IMG/VR virus record: IMGVR_UViG_3300031951_000003
Span: 186,001-250,000 of that record
Direction: 5' to 3' (one strand)
Length of the DNA stretch: 64,000 nucleotides
Below, piece by piece: positions 63,918 to 64,000 of this stretch; the first letter of the stretch is position 1; each line of letters opens with the position of its first letter. Both the position numbers and the translations under genes were made by a program. A model generated the notes under the pieces. The model had not been told where the DNA came from. It was given only the letters and a program-made list of their open reading frames with translations, and ran no database searches.

Positions 63918-64000
63918 AATCCTTTGAGTAATTGTCTTAATTTGATTTCTAAAAGTTCTAATGTGTTCTTATCCTTTGCGGTTTTATTTGGTTTTTTCCT

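Noticed and set aside
1-64000. tRNA, rRNA, tmRNA, or reverse-transcriptase systems (DGR, retron, group II intron)
   Set aside because: No T-loop GTTCRA cloverleaf, rRNA signature or YxDD RT ORF was seen by eye. tRNAscan or Infernal would be needed to exclude these fully.
1-64000. Ordinary bacterial chromosome or eukaryotic giant virus origin
   Set aside because: No housekeeping operons, very high ORFan density, phage-style monocistronic cassettes and bacterial sigma-A promoters. A phage assignment still needs hallmark genes outside this window.

Overview
This AT-rich, densely coded 64-kb window looks like the accessory region of a large (jumbo-type) dsDNA phage of Bacteroidota. It holds mostly short ORFans on the minus strand. 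There are no capsid, terminase or replicase genes, no rRNA/tRNA/CRISPR, and no Shine-Dalgarno motifs. Five exact Bacteroidota sigma-A promoters (TTTG-N19/20-TAnnTTTG) are present. Recognisable genes: cyclophilin, four sulfotransferase-like paralogues, glf plus two GT2 glycosyltransferases, umuC with a catalytically dead umuD, acyl-CoA thioesterase, flavodoxin-like oxidoreductase, HhH-less uvrC, a frameshift-split type IIG-like restriction-methylase, two T5orf172/GIY-YIG genes, GH73-like and L,D-transpeptidase-like enzymes, a C39 peptidase, a PG-binding/phosphatase/SGNH fusion, ParB-like proteins and outer-membrane proteins. The most striking unexplained structure is a modular tagged-cargo system. 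About 40 unrelated ORFs start with one of six short N-terminal leaders rich in [I/L]-x-E motifs (the T4 gp21 prohead-protease site). Most follow a sense-strand TATTTAT motif. Many sit in cassette arrays separated by conserved intergenic repeats (19.6-24.5 kb and 26.6-31.2 kb). My inference is a reshufflable library of capsid-packaged, injected effector proteins. A second anomaly at 31.3-35.3 kb contains a G-quadruplex-like tract, two DnaA-box clusters, three palindromes at exact 28-bp period, and a covarying ~95-nt hairpin element duplicated around a GIY-YIG gene. All functional calls come from motif recognition by eye; no database searches were run.
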